Below are positions 1 through 11,603 of a stretch of 33,721 bases of DNA, one piece after another. The stretch is from Tubiluchus corallicola (taxonomy: Eukaryota; Animalia; Priapulida), in the NCBI GenBank assembly GCA_030141605.1, contig JAQGDQ010001587.1, positions 1 through 33,721 on the forward strand, written 5' to 3'. Position 1 is the stretch's first letter; every line of letters begins with the position of its first letter. Made by a program: the position numbers and the translations under genes. The notes under the pieces are model-generated. The model did no database searches, was not told the DNA's origin, and saw nothing but the letters and a program-made list of their open reading frames with translations.

Positions 1-524
1 TTTAAGAAATTGAACTACAACATTCTAACTTTTAGGTGTCTTTGATGAAACTACGTGATTACAATCATCATTTTTATTCATAAAACAATAAAACAACCAA
101 TCAAATTTCACGATATGGCTATTTGTTTATCCATAATGAGTGTATTTAGATTATTATTTTTTTACACAGCTAAATCATAAATTACATCAAAATACACGCA
201 CAATTACAAGTACATTTACAATTATGAAATACAAAAAATTTTTAAAATACAATCGGTAAAATAAATCAGAAAATGTTTATTAACGGAGAAGAAAACACTC
301 TTCATAAATGAAGCGTAATAATTCACCTTGAAAGGTAGAAATTTTCCACCAGTAAGATGCTGTCTTGTTGCATACAGAGCTTGCGTTAGCAGTATCGCTG
401 TATATAATTTACAATTCTAAAGCAAAACCAGACCCAATCTCAAACTTAGGTCAAAACAACCTAGTCCTTAAAATGAAAGAAAACATAATATTTTTTCAAA
501 AATGACTTACGTGAAAGAATTACA

Positions 525-675
525 TACCACCCCACCACACCGCTCCACCAACACCGCACACAACTTACCACCCCACCACACTATCCACATCACATCACAT
601 AACCCACACCACACCACACTGACCAGACTACACCACAACAACCACAGCACACCAACTGCACCATGCTACACCCAC
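525..675. repeat. Degenerate CA/CAC-rich low-complexity tract (ACACC-like)
   Basis: Run of caccac/acacc/acaac motifs; explains the His/Thr/Pro-rich ORF 502..774. Confidence 0.7.
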
Positions 676-1125
676 TTTATCAAATTCACAGATGATAATA
701 GACTATCAGACGATAATAGACTAAAAGAACTTAATTATAATGTACATTCTATAACGCTGTACAACAGTGGGTGAAGACAATGCCTGGAACAGCCACGAAA
801 GTTTTCAAACTCAAAGACAATGGATGTTCCAAACAGCGTGCAGCACGGGGAGTTGAAAAAGAACTTCTAAATACACCTTTCCCGTTTCGTCCACTGGACA
901 TCTCTCAAAGCAAAAGCTTCATGAATTGTACACCACTTCGTCCTCTCTCGGGCTCCGGGACATGTGTATTGGTCCGAGAAACCATGGCCCTCCTGCGAAT
1001 ACTAAATGATTATAACACCAAACGTTGAATTAACTGTTTATTCAAACATTATTGGTACCGCGCTTGGCATATTTCTGTTCTCCAGAAATAAGAGATGTAA
1101 GTTTGGCATTTTTTGCGAAAATGGG

Positions 1126-1286
1126 CAAAAGGGGCCATTTTAGGAGGTTATTCGCTTCTCGTTCCTCCCTGTGGGCTTGATTCGAAAAATAAACCCCAAT
1201 GGTAACAAAAGGGGCCATTTTAGGAGGTTATTCGCTTCTCGTTCCTCCCTGTGGGCTTGATTCGAAAAATAAACCCCAATGGTAAC
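1126..1286. repeat. Perfect 80-bp tandem duplication
   Basis: caaaaggggccattttaggagg...ccccaatggtaa occurs at 1126-1205 and again at 1206-1285. Confidence 0.95.
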
Positions 1287-2000
1287 TCTGTACCTTCCCT
1301 ACAGTGGCGGCTCGTAGCTAAAATTAGTAGGGGTGCTGAAAATTTTTAAAAAAATAAGCCATTGTTTTAATGCTGTGTAAAACGAAACAAACATATGTAA
1401 TTTTAATGTTGTAATTTAAATTTTGAACAAACAAACAAATTTATACATAAATTTGATAAACTCCTAAACAAAACATATTGTTTTCTTACGAATAGCCTAA
1501 ATTGTCGCTGTTCAAGAATATGCCGATACGCGGCTTTTAAACACGTGACAACCGACAATACGTACTGCATTGAGCGACAGTACTTTTTCTACCTAAACCA
1601 CAGCGTGTTATCTCTGACATCTGCACATGTAGACATGATGGAATGAAAAAATAGTAAGATCAGGATAGGAAAAAGGAAGGAAGGGGAGGAAATGACTGCA
1701 GTGGGTGTTTTCATTTACATAGAGCTATATTACAATAATGATGTATATTACAAATAATGGGAGGTCATGGATTGCGACTGCACGAGACATTTACTCATTG
1801 AACCTTCTAAAATGATATTTAGGATTTGCAGTAAATGGATTTGCAAAGAAAGTGGAAAGTGGAAACAAGGTGTAGTATGTTGATACATAACTAAGTCTTT
1901 GAGAATCAAGATACCACATTCATTAAGTAAAGATGTACCAACAGTGGTACATTTGGATAAATTGTATCATATAACCATATACTACTAAACTGCATTGTCG

Positions 2001-2863
2001 TTAAACGAATGAATCCGATTCCGACTCGGGCTCTGATTCAGACTCGAACTCGTCCAATGAGGACTCAACTACTTCACTGTCAGGTTGTGATTCAATTGTT
2101 CTTTTTCTTCTAATAATATATGCCCCCAGCCCTAACAGAGCAGCTAAAGTGACTCCACCTACAATGCCGACTATTGCTAATTTGTGAAACTTGAAATCTA
2201 TTGTTATCTCACTAAATGATGTTGTTGTTTCTGAAGTGGTATTTATTTCGGTCACCGTTGTTGATGCTGCTGTTGATGTATTTGATGCTGCCGTCGATGT
2301 ATTTGATGCTGCCGTCGATGTATTTGATGCTGCCGTCGATGTATTTGATGCTGCCGTCGATGTATTTGATGCTGCCGTCGATGTATTTGATGCTGCCGTC
2401 GATGTATTTGATGCTGCCGTCGATGTTGTGGATGCTGCTGTCGACGCTGTTGATGCTGCCGTCGATGTATTTGATGCTGCTGTCGATGTATTTGATGCTG
2501 CCGTCGACGTTGTAGATGCTGCCGTCGACGTTGTTGAAGCTGCCGTCGACGTTGTTGTTGCTGCTGTCGACGCTGTTGTTGCTGCTGTCGACGCTGTTGA
2601 AGCTGCCGTCGACGTTGTTGATGCTGCCGTCGACGTTGTTGTTGCTGCCGTCGACGCTGTTGTTGCTGCTGTCGACGTTGTTGAAGCTGCCGTCGACGTT
2701 GTTGATATTGTTGTTGTCGTTAACAGTTCATCACAGTCAAAATCATCAACTGTTGCCTCTTGAACATTTTTAGGCCACACACAATCAACACGAGTGCGAT
2801 CGTTGAGCGACCAGGGAGGCAGAACAATCCAGGTCAAGTTGCAGTCGCATCTCAATTGCAAAT
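2001..2863 (-). CDS. Last coding exon of an LRR single-pass membrane protein: LRRCT, mucin-like stalk, TM helix, acidic cytoplasmic tail
   Basis: Acceptor ttttttag| at 2864-2865 (minus). LRRCT motif LRCDCNLTW...C..P...C; S/T/A heptad repeats; hydrophobic LAIVGIVGGVTLAALLGLGAYII followed by RRKR; stop TAA at 2001-2003. Phase-1 compatible with the donor at 6550. Confidence 0.85.
2258..2703 (-). repeat. Coding 21-bp minisatellite (~21 units) encoding TAAS(N/T)TS heptads
   Basis: gatgctgccgtcgatgtattt-type units at 21-bp period. Confidence 0.95.
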
Positions 2864-3418
2864 CTAAAAAATAGGAAACCATCCAGAAACCGAGATTAGA
2901 CTACCAGTCTACAACAAAAGAATACTATTATTTCTCAGCCTACAATACACACGCTAAAAATGTTCACTCTCATTTGACATGACCCAGGTACCGAAATCAC
3001 TTTTCTGCATTTTGATAAATACATTGTTTTAAGTACTTACCTTCTGAATACTTCAACAGTGGTAACAATACATTTTGAAGTACACTCAGTTCAATAGTAA
3101 GAATGCAGGGCAAAACAAATTTAGCAACACAGAAAATACAATTCACAGTGAAACGTTCAACTTGCATTAATCTGAAATCAGACTTCGCTTGCTGTTATTT
3201 AGCCCTATAATTTGTCACTTTTTGAAATGTTTAGCCGTGTCCGTATCCGTATAGTTTACAAAGACAAATGTCATTACGTTGCTGTAGGCACTGATACATA
3301 CCTGCACACATTATGTATCCTTTGTTTTGGAAACCACGGATGTGTAAAACTGGAAACCGTGTACGTTCGAATGCCTCTATCTGTCTAGCTAAATTCTGTT
3401 CCGATATGTATTTTTATA

Positions 3419-4921
3419 TAGGTTTTACATGTCAAATGTAGACCTACGTTAACTGAAATGTAGATTTAGGTAATTCAAATGTGTCTTGGTAACTCAAATG
3501 TAGACTTAGGTGGTTCAAATGTGTTAACAATGGTTTTCAAGAAATCTTAACAGGCTGAAATAAAGCGTTTTCTTGCAGATATTAGAGAAAATCTTCTAGT
3601 GCAGAATCACGGTCAGAGTATGGCAATATTAGCTCAGTTGGCAGAACTGTCTGTTAATATCATAACGGCTGCAGATGCAGGCCATTTTGTAATTTGTACT
3701 TAAATGAGTTAAATACCGATTTATTCAAAGTACCGCACCACATTTGAGTTACCTAAGTCACATTTGAGTTACCAAAACACATTCGAAATTCCTATGTCTA
3801 CATTTGACTTACCTAAGACACATTTGAGTTACCAAAACACATTCGAAATTCCTATGTCTACATTTGAGTTACCAAAACACATTGGAAATTCCTATGTCTA
3901 CATTTGACATACCTAAGTCACATTTGAGTTACCAAAACACATTCGAAATTCCTATATCTACATTTGACTTACCTAAGTCACATTTGAGTTACCAAAACAC
4001 ACTCGAAGTTCCTATGTCTACATTTGACTTACCTAAGTCACATTTGAGTTCCAAAACACATTCGAAATTCCTATGTCTACATTTGACTTACCTAAGTCAC
4101 ATTTGAGTTACCAAAACACATTCGAAATTCCTATGTCTACATTTGACTTACCTAAGTCACATTTGAGTTACCAAAACACATCCGAAGTTCCTATGTCTAC
4201 ATTTGACTTACCTAAGTCACATTTGAGTTACCAAAACACATGCGAAGTTCCTATGTCTACATTTGACTTACCTAAGTCAGATTTGAGTTACCAAAACACA
4301 TTGGAAATTCCTATGTCTACATTTGACTTACTTAAGTCACATTTGAGTTACCAAAACACATTCGAAGTTCCTATGTCTACATTTGACTTACCTAAGTCAT
4401 ATTTGAGTTACCAAAACACATTCGAAGTTCCTATGTCTACATTTGACTTACCTAAGTCACATTTGAGTTACCAAAACACATTCGAAGTTCCTATGTCTAC
4501 ATTTGACTTACCTAAGTCAGATTTGAGTTACCAAAACACATTGGAAATTCCTATGTCTACATTTGACTTACTTAAGTCACATTTGAGTTACCAAAACACA
4601 TTCGAAGTTCCTATGTCTACATTTGACTTACCTAAGTCACATTTGAGTTACCAAAACACATTCGAAGTTCCTATGTCTACATTTGACTTACCTAAGTCAC
4701 ATTTGAGTTACCAAAACACATTCGAAGTTCCTATGTCTACATTTGACTTACCTAAGTCAGATTTGAGTTACCAAAACACATTGGAAATTCCTATGTCTAC
4801 ATTTGACTTACCTAAGTCACATTTGAGTTACCAAAACACATTCGAAATTCCTATGTCTACATTTGACTTACCTAAGTCACATTTGAACTTTCCTATGTCT
4901 ACATTTGACGTGTAAAACCTG
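3419..4921. mobile_element. Non-autonomous TIR DNA transposon (TA target site) with internal 60-bp satellite, copy 1; lies in the LRR gene intron
   Basis: Left end TA|TAGGTTTTACATGTCAAATGTAGAC; right end GTCTACATTTGACGTGTAAAACCTG|TA; ~26-bp TIR, TA on both flanks; no transposase ORF. Confidence 0.85.
3738..4905. repeat. 60-bp tandem array (~19 units) built of three ~20-bp ACATTTGA-type subunits
   Basis: Unit atttgacttacctaagtcacatttgagttaccaaaacacattcgaaattcctatgtctac repeats in register with the 60-nt lines. Confidence 0.97.
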
Positions 4922-5499
4922 TATATAAGATTACAGCTATTGTTTGTATGAATACAGTGGAATTAATCGGAGGCGTGTAATTCCAGTACTGTTGTCATGA
5001 TTTCGTGGTAATATTTCGTGACTGAGCATTGAGCATTGTAACTTGAGCAGAGGAGGTCAGAAAATTAACAAGAGAGCAGCACAGCGAGAAATACCAGTGA
5101 CGTCACACTAAAACTTTTACACGTTGTACTTCGTTACTAATATTATTATATCTATAAAATATAGTGCATTCAAGTAAGTGTGAACAAAGCTTAATATTAA
5201 AAATGCTTCATAGAGTACACCAGTCTCTCTATTACTGGCGTACTGCTTCACTTGCGCACATGTAAATGCAACGAGAGTCACACATGCGCAGTGTCGTTCC
5301 TAACGGGGACGTCACTTCCACTTTCTTCCCCAATTTTTCTTTTTTTGCAAGATGTCTGTGCGGCCTAATTTTCAAGTGTTTCAAAGCTAATCAAAGCGAA
5401 ACGTACGAGTTTATAAAAAAATAAAGCCGCTTTTTCGTATCAGGCTAGTCAATGGTGAATTTTGTAAGCAAGTGTCTACCAGGGTGTGAGTGGACCTTT

Positions 5500-6240
5500 A
5501 GACATAGTGCAGCCTGGTATATTATTACAATGCAAAAAACTGAAGTGAATTAGGCACGCTGACTGATGACCATTCTGCGAAAAATCACAATGTTAAACTT
5601 TTAATATAAATCAGCGTGTTCAGAGAATGTTTTGTTTTAGAAATGATTACAATTCCAATAAATTGCATTAATGAGGCAAAAATAAATGAGTTTGTCGTAA
5701 ATTTCTGTAGAACAGACGTGGCACGGCAATTCACTGCAAATGTTGGTCCAAAGCTTTAGAATGACATAAATGATGAATTAAAAACTGTTCAGCCAATTCA
5801 AAAACTTAAAAAGAAATACAGAGCAATGATTCTCAACAAGTACAACACTTCCTAATTTCCCACACCTACTGCAGCAGTCATACCACAATCCTGGTACAGA
5901 TTATGAACAAGGGAACGATAGTGTATGAAACATAATAATTTAATACAGTATGACGTAATGATTTTGATGTCACTGTGTGCTTAATGTCATTATATTGTAC
6001 TGAATGTGATAATAATAAACCAAAAAATCCTTTATATTGCACCTGAATTTTATCAGTTAACTAATTAGCGCAATCTATTATCTTTCTTTCTACCATTTCC
6101 ACTAACACATCCTTCTACCCTTCCTGTGTGATCTAACCTTTCTCCCAGTTCTTTTTTTGTTCACTCATCCATTCTTTTTTTATCGGATTCACATGACAGT
6201 GGGCTTATACAAGCCTTTGCTTCTCTAGCCCACTGCAGTA
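5500..6240 (+). mobile_element. Degenerate CR1/L2-group LINE 3' remnant (ORF2 C-terminus plus 3' UTR)
   Basis: The + frame at ~5686-5853 reads NEFVVNFCRTDVARQFTANVGPKL*NDINDELKTVQPIQKLKKKYRAMILNKY, matching the RT..S...GPKLWN.L...K.....FK..LK C-terminal pattern; hairpin tgggct...agccca at ~6200-6232. Boundaries approximate. Confidence 0.6.
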
Positions 6241-6412
6241 CAATTATCCTCTTATGATAACGATAGTGTATGAAACATAACAATTTAATACAGTAGATCT
6301 AATAATTTTGATGTCACTGTGTGCTTAATGTCATTATATTGTACTGAATGTGATAATAATAAAATAAAAAAACCTTTATATTGCACCTGAATTTTACCAC
6401 TTAACTAATTAG
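5914..6412. repeat. Dispersed direct duplication of ~155 bp (5914-6068 and 6259-6412)
   Basis: aacgatagtgtatgaaacataa...ttaactaattag present twice with a few substitutions. Confidence 0.9.
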
Positions 6413-6550
6413 TTAACTTATAAGAGATTTTCAATTATTTAATTAATTAAATAGTGTCAAGTCATAGAAAGAAAAACAATTGCAAAATTATAAACTACAA
6501 TTGTAAGCGTTTCCTTTACAGACTTAACTATATTGTTTTCGAGCACTTAC

Positions 6551-7121
6551 TCTGAAGGGAAATTGTCACATTTTCAGCTGCAACACTCTCGTGAATTTTT
6601 GGAGGTTTCAGCCCTTCAATATTGTTATGAATGATGTACAAGTTCCCAAAGAATGGATTACCGGAGAAGTCGAACTCCAGAACTCCCGGTAGTTCACCTT
6701 TAAAGAAGGCAAGACTAAAGAACTCTGCATTCTTGAAAGCATCTGGGTGTATGTAAGAAAGCTTCGTTGAATCAAAAATTAAAGCACCCACGTGACCATT
6801 TATTGAATTTTGTCCCAAACGTGTCAAGCTACCCCCTTTGATGTCTAAGATGCCTTGCGGAATTACTTTTTCCTTGAAAAAATTGTCTGGAAGCTCAGTT
6901 CCGGTGTAATCAATTAAATAAACTTTATATCTCCCATCATTTAGACTTCCCAGATCATTATCTATTTTTGCAAGTTCAACTTTCGTCATGCTTGAGCAAG
7001 TTATTTGGCAAAATTCATTCCATCTCTGAAAGTAACAACCTTGAACGGTTTTATTGCAATAATCGTCAGACAGGCAAGCAGTTATTAAAGATGAGATGCA
7101 CAGCGCAAATAGCAAAGCCAT
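6551..7121 (-). CDS. First coding exon of the LRR membrane protein: signal peptide, 4-Cys N-cap, ~5-6 degenerate LRRs
   Basis: MALLFALCISSLITACLS signal peptide; LRR-like segments (ELPDNFF, LTRLGQNSI, LSYIHPDAFKN, LYIIHNNIEGL); strong donor A|GTAAGT at 6545-6550 (phase 1). Confidence 0.85.
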
Positions 7122-7372
7122 TTCTTGTACAACTTAAATAAGTTACGTGACTACTACATCTATAGCCTCTATTCCAGACGTTCTGCGCTGTCATTCCAAT
7201 TACTATTGTAATTGCTTTTCATTGTCTTCATTGTTTTTTTCCACAAACAACCAAAACTTTCAAAATGAACAGTGCATTCCTTCAATTGAAGTTAACAATG
7301 TGACGTGTATGGTGGCGTTTTCCACACAAATAGGCCTATATAACCAATCAAAAATAGAACAACACATTATTA

Positions 7373-8285
7373 TAGGTTTTACATGTCAAATGTAGACCTG
7401 CGTTAACTCAAATGTAGATTTAGGTAATTCAAATGTGTCTTGGTAACTCAAATGTAGACTTAGGTAGTTCAAATGTGTTAACAATGGTTTTCAAGAAATC
7501 TTAATAGGCCGAAATGAAACGTCTTCTCGCAAATATTAGAGAAAATCTTCTAGTGCAAAATCACGGTCAGAGAATGGCAATATTAGCTCAGTTGGCAGAA
7601 CAGTCTGTTAATATCATAACGGCCGCAGATGCAGGCCATTTTGTACTTAAATGAGTTAATTACCGATTTATTCAAAGTACCGCACTACATTTGACTTACC
7701 TAAATCACATTTGAGTTACCAAAACACATTCGAAGTTCCTATGTCTACATTTGACTTACGTAAGTCACATTTGAGTTACCAAAACACATGTAGACACATG
7801 TCAAGTCAAATGTGGCATTGGTATCTCAAATGTGGATAGGTGGTAAAGCTTAAGGATGTTAAATTTAATCTTCTTTAATCTCAATTTAATAATTGCTGTG
7901 AAAATTATAACTTTATAGGTCTACTAATAGTTCACTAATGTTCTGCAAACTTTACATACCATTGGAACTGTTAGAGAAAACAATACATTCTTATAATAAG
8001 CAATGTTTCTTGAGAGAAACTAATTCATTAATGCAGTGCTAATGCATTACTTAAAAAACTAATTAGTGATTCACTGTTCATTGGGAAGTGGGAACCGATT
8101 TATTCTTTTCTGCCGACATTTTTTGTAAAACGTTGACAAATAAAATGTAGAATTCTATGCCTACATTTGACTTACCTAAGTCACATATGAGTTAGCAAAA
8201 CACATTCGAAATTCCTATGTCTATATTTGACTTACCTAAGTCACATTTGAATTTTCCTGTGTCTACATTTGACGTGTAAAACCTA
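7373..8285. mobile_element. TIR element copy 2 (complete ends, few satellite units, extra internal segment ~7790-8150)
   Basis: TA|TAGGTTTTACATGTCAAATGTAGAC ... GTCTACATTTGACGTGTAAAACCTA|TA; first ~310 bp match copy 1. Confidence 0.85.
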
Positions 8286-8692
8286 TAGAAGAGATGCTAA
8301 TCAGTCTTGGAAAAACCACAAGTACATGTGCTCTTTTCTAAGCACCGAAAATGATATTAAAAGTAGAAAGCAACAAGCAATGCTTGTTTTCTTCAACGCG
8401 AGAATGTATTAACTAGCAAGAGATTAAGTCTTAACGTAAGACTTCGATTATTTAATGCTTACGTTACCAGCATATTTATGTATAACAGCGAAACTCAGGG
8501 TTTAACGATTATTCGAGAAAAATTAAAATAATGATAATAATCTTTATTTAAAATCGGGTTTTTGCATCAACAATTAACATTAGCTTAAAGAGCTGTTATC
8601 GCCGACTGTAAATAACAATCTACAACGTATGGTGGTGTTTTCCACACAAATAGGCCTATATAACCAATCAAAAATAGAAGAACATATTATTA

Positions 8693-9591
8693 TAGGTTTT
8701 ACATGTCAAATGTAGACATGCGTTAACTCAAATGTAGATTTAGGTAATTCAAATGTGTCGTGGTAACTCAAATGTAGACTTAGGTGGTTTAAATGTGTTA
8801 ACAATGGTTTTCAACAAATCTTAATAGGCTGAAATGAAGCGTCTTCTTGCAGATATTAGAGAAAATCTTCTAGTGCAGAATCACGGTCAGAGAATGGCAA
8901 TGTTAGCTCAGTTGGCAGAACAGTTTGTTAAGTCACATTTGAGTTACCAAAACACATTCGAAATTCCTATGTCTACATTTGACTTACCTAGGTCACATTT
9001 GAGTTACCAAAACACATTCGAAATTCCTATGTCTACATTTGACTTACCTAAGTCACATTTGAGTTACCAAAACACATTCGAAATTCCTATGTCTACATTT
9101 GACTTACCTAAGTCACATTTGAGTTACCAAAACACATTCGAAATTCCTATGTCTACATTTGACTTACCTAAGTCACATTTGAGTTACCAAAACACATTCG
9201 AAATTCCTATGTCTACATTTGACGTACCTAAGTCACATTTGAGTTACCAAAACACATTCGAAATTCCTGTGTCTACATTTGACTTACCTAAGTCACATTT
9301 GAATTTTCCTGTGCCTACATTTGACTTACCTAAGTCACATTTGAGTTACCAAAACACATTCGAAATTCCTATGTCTACATTTGACGTACCTAAGTCACAT
9401 TTGAGTTACCAAAACACATTCGAAATTCCTGTGTCCACATTTGACTTACCTAAGTCACATTTGAATTTTCCTGTGCCTACATTTGACTTACCTAAGTCAC
9501 ATTTGAGTTACCAAAACACATTCGAAATTCCTGTGTCTACATTTGACTTACCTAAGTCACATTTGAATTTTCCTGTGCCTACATTTGACTT
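8693..9591. mobile_element. TIR element copy 3 (left TIR plus 60/40-bp satellite; right TIR missing)
   Basis: Same left end as copies 1 and 2; satellite at 8929-9591; ends without GTGTAAAACCT. Confidence 0.8.
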
Positions 9592-10050
9592 AAAAACGCT
9601 TTTTCAACATAATCAATAAATGCCTTAATTACTTCTAAATCATTACTTCTCATCAGCATCTCTCATAAGGAAAAATTCTGGTTTAATTACATTAATGTAA
9701 TTAGATAATTTTCCTCTAAGATCATTGTAATATGGGAATTTTATAACAAAGTGTAATTCGTCTTCGATTTTCATTTTTGAAACAGTATGAGCATATATGA
9801 TTCTCAAATATGTAACAACTTAAAATAACCATGTAATATCTATTTAGTATACTTGCAATAAAGAAATAATATAACATTTGAAAGTCAAAATCGTAATAGT
9901 AACATTTGTGTATTTCAACATGTCTGCGTATTGCGATGTGTATGTAAGCTTGTTTGCTAACATTTATGTAAACCACGTGACTGTTCCTTGAAAATAGATG
10001 GCTTTTTTGGATTGCGTATTTGTAATGCGTGGTTTCTGAATAAACTAGAA

Positions 10051-10187
10051 TAATGATGATGATGATGATGATGACGACGACGACGACGACGATGATGACG
10101 ATGATGATAATGATGACAATGAGGATGATGATGATGATGATAATGATGATGATGACGATGATGATGGTGATGATGAGGATGATGATC

Positions 10188-10250
<63 letters not shown>

Positions 10251-10268
10251 GTAGTAGTAGTAGTAGTA

Positions 10269-10347
<79 letters not shown>

Positions 10348-10358
10348 TAATAATAATA
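10051..10358. repeat. Compound trinucleotide microsatellite (GAT/GAC)n-(AAT)n-(AGT)n-(AAT)n
   Basis: Read directly from the sequence. Confidence 0.98.
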
Positions 10359-11319
10359 ACTGGCTTTAAATTTGCGACTTCTGAATCTTCAAGAAAAACA
10401 CGTGCAGATGGCAGCACAGGTTTCATTCAAGCATTAATTGTGCAGTATTGCAGTATACGTGGAGCCTATTAGAAAATAATTATTGCAGGCTGCAAGGCTT
10501 CCAGTTAACCTGAGACGGCAAAAACAGATTTGGTTTTATTTTTCCGGGGGGGGGGGAGGTTTGACGTAATGATCTTTGGAGGAAGTGAGCGTACACTGGC
10601 TAGTGTAAAACGCAGCGACACCAAACAAAAAAATGAGGCGTGTGATGATGATGATGAGGCGTGTGTTCTTATCTCAGATTTACTCTTTAAAAGGGAAGAA
10701 AAGATAATTTTTGATCACGTGATCACGTTCCAAAACTCTCCATACGAAGTTATGTTACTTATCATTTCGCTTACCTGTTTGATGGACTTGTGTAACTAGC
10801 AAAGAAATTCTTGGTAATTTAAAATGTTTGCGCCAATTTGGTAAAATGTCATTGTGTCAACATTCCAATGTTCACTAGAAAACATTACTGGCTGGCTTCT
10901 CAAAAATATATTATTAATATTAAGTTATTGGCAAAATACAGCAATCTAAACTTTTGCTTAGTCGGTGAAGTGGCGCTACAAATGCTCTGATTATTTTGTC
11001 CAAATTTTAAGCAATGTTAGCTAAATTTGTTTTGACCGACGTATCGTCAAACTGAGAATTCAAATTTGAAGTTTCATACAGCGTTGCTGCTAATGCAAGC
11101 CCTGCGCGCAATGAGGCAGTTCGTAGGTGATACAGAATTTCAAGACGATTTTTATCCTTAGAAAAGCTAACGGTTCTTCTCCTTTAAATATATTACCGCC
11201 TTCGTAATCCTCTTGGGGTATCACTTACCGTGTAATTAGTGAGGTCACGTTACTTTGCAAATATTGACTATGCTCAGTATCAGTTGATACAGCTGTTCAG
11301 TATCTACCGGCAGACCACA

Positions 11320-11600
11320 GCTTTTGTTTGTCCGAGATTTACTCGGCATCTTGGTTGTCCGGAAGCCGTGGACACACGTGACCAACTTGGACAGTCTGCT
11401 GCTTGATACGTGCTTAGTGAAAGATATGACTTCTGAGCTGACTGTGCATTCGGGGTTATGCAATGTGGACATCATTATGACACTCATGAAGCCAAAACTG
11501 TTTTGGGTTTCGTCAAACGGCTTCAGAGCTGAACTACATTTTAGAAATGGAATTTCTAGTATCATAGTGGTATACCCATAAAAGGCGTCAAGCAAATTTA
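11320..11600 (+). mobile_element. Possible highly degenerate CR1-like LINE ORF2 fragment
   Basis: Frameshifted translations FVRDLLGILVV, NVDIIM and AKTVLGFVKR resemble the VRDLGV.VD...H.D.I..KA...LGFIKR segment downstream of the RT core. Confidence 0.4.
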
Positions 11601-11603
11601 TAA

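Noticed and set aside
1302-1340. hAT-like terminus CAGTGGCGG; also TTAA-type ends near 5490-5500 and 13564
   Set aside because: No matching opposite end or TSD found in the window.
2191-2773. Plus-strand ORFs over the 21-bp repeat
   Set aside because: Antisense shadows of the mucin-coding repeat.
3864-4915. Repeat-protein ORFs (MSTFDLPKSHLSYQNTFEIP)n, also 8834..9619
   Set aside because: Open only because a stop-free 60-bp satellite unit is a multiple of three; the ORFs lie inside a non-autonomous transposon.
2864-6550. VLR-style incomplete germline gene needing somatic assembly
   Set aside because: The gap has canonical in-phase GT-AG ends, and no flanking LRR cassettes are visible in the window.
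10777-10797. Minus-strand 21-nt micro-exon (tttgctag|...CAG|gtaagc) as a 5' UTR exon of the LRR gene
   Set aside because: Splice signals alone are insufficient, and a candidate promoter lies nearer the start codon.
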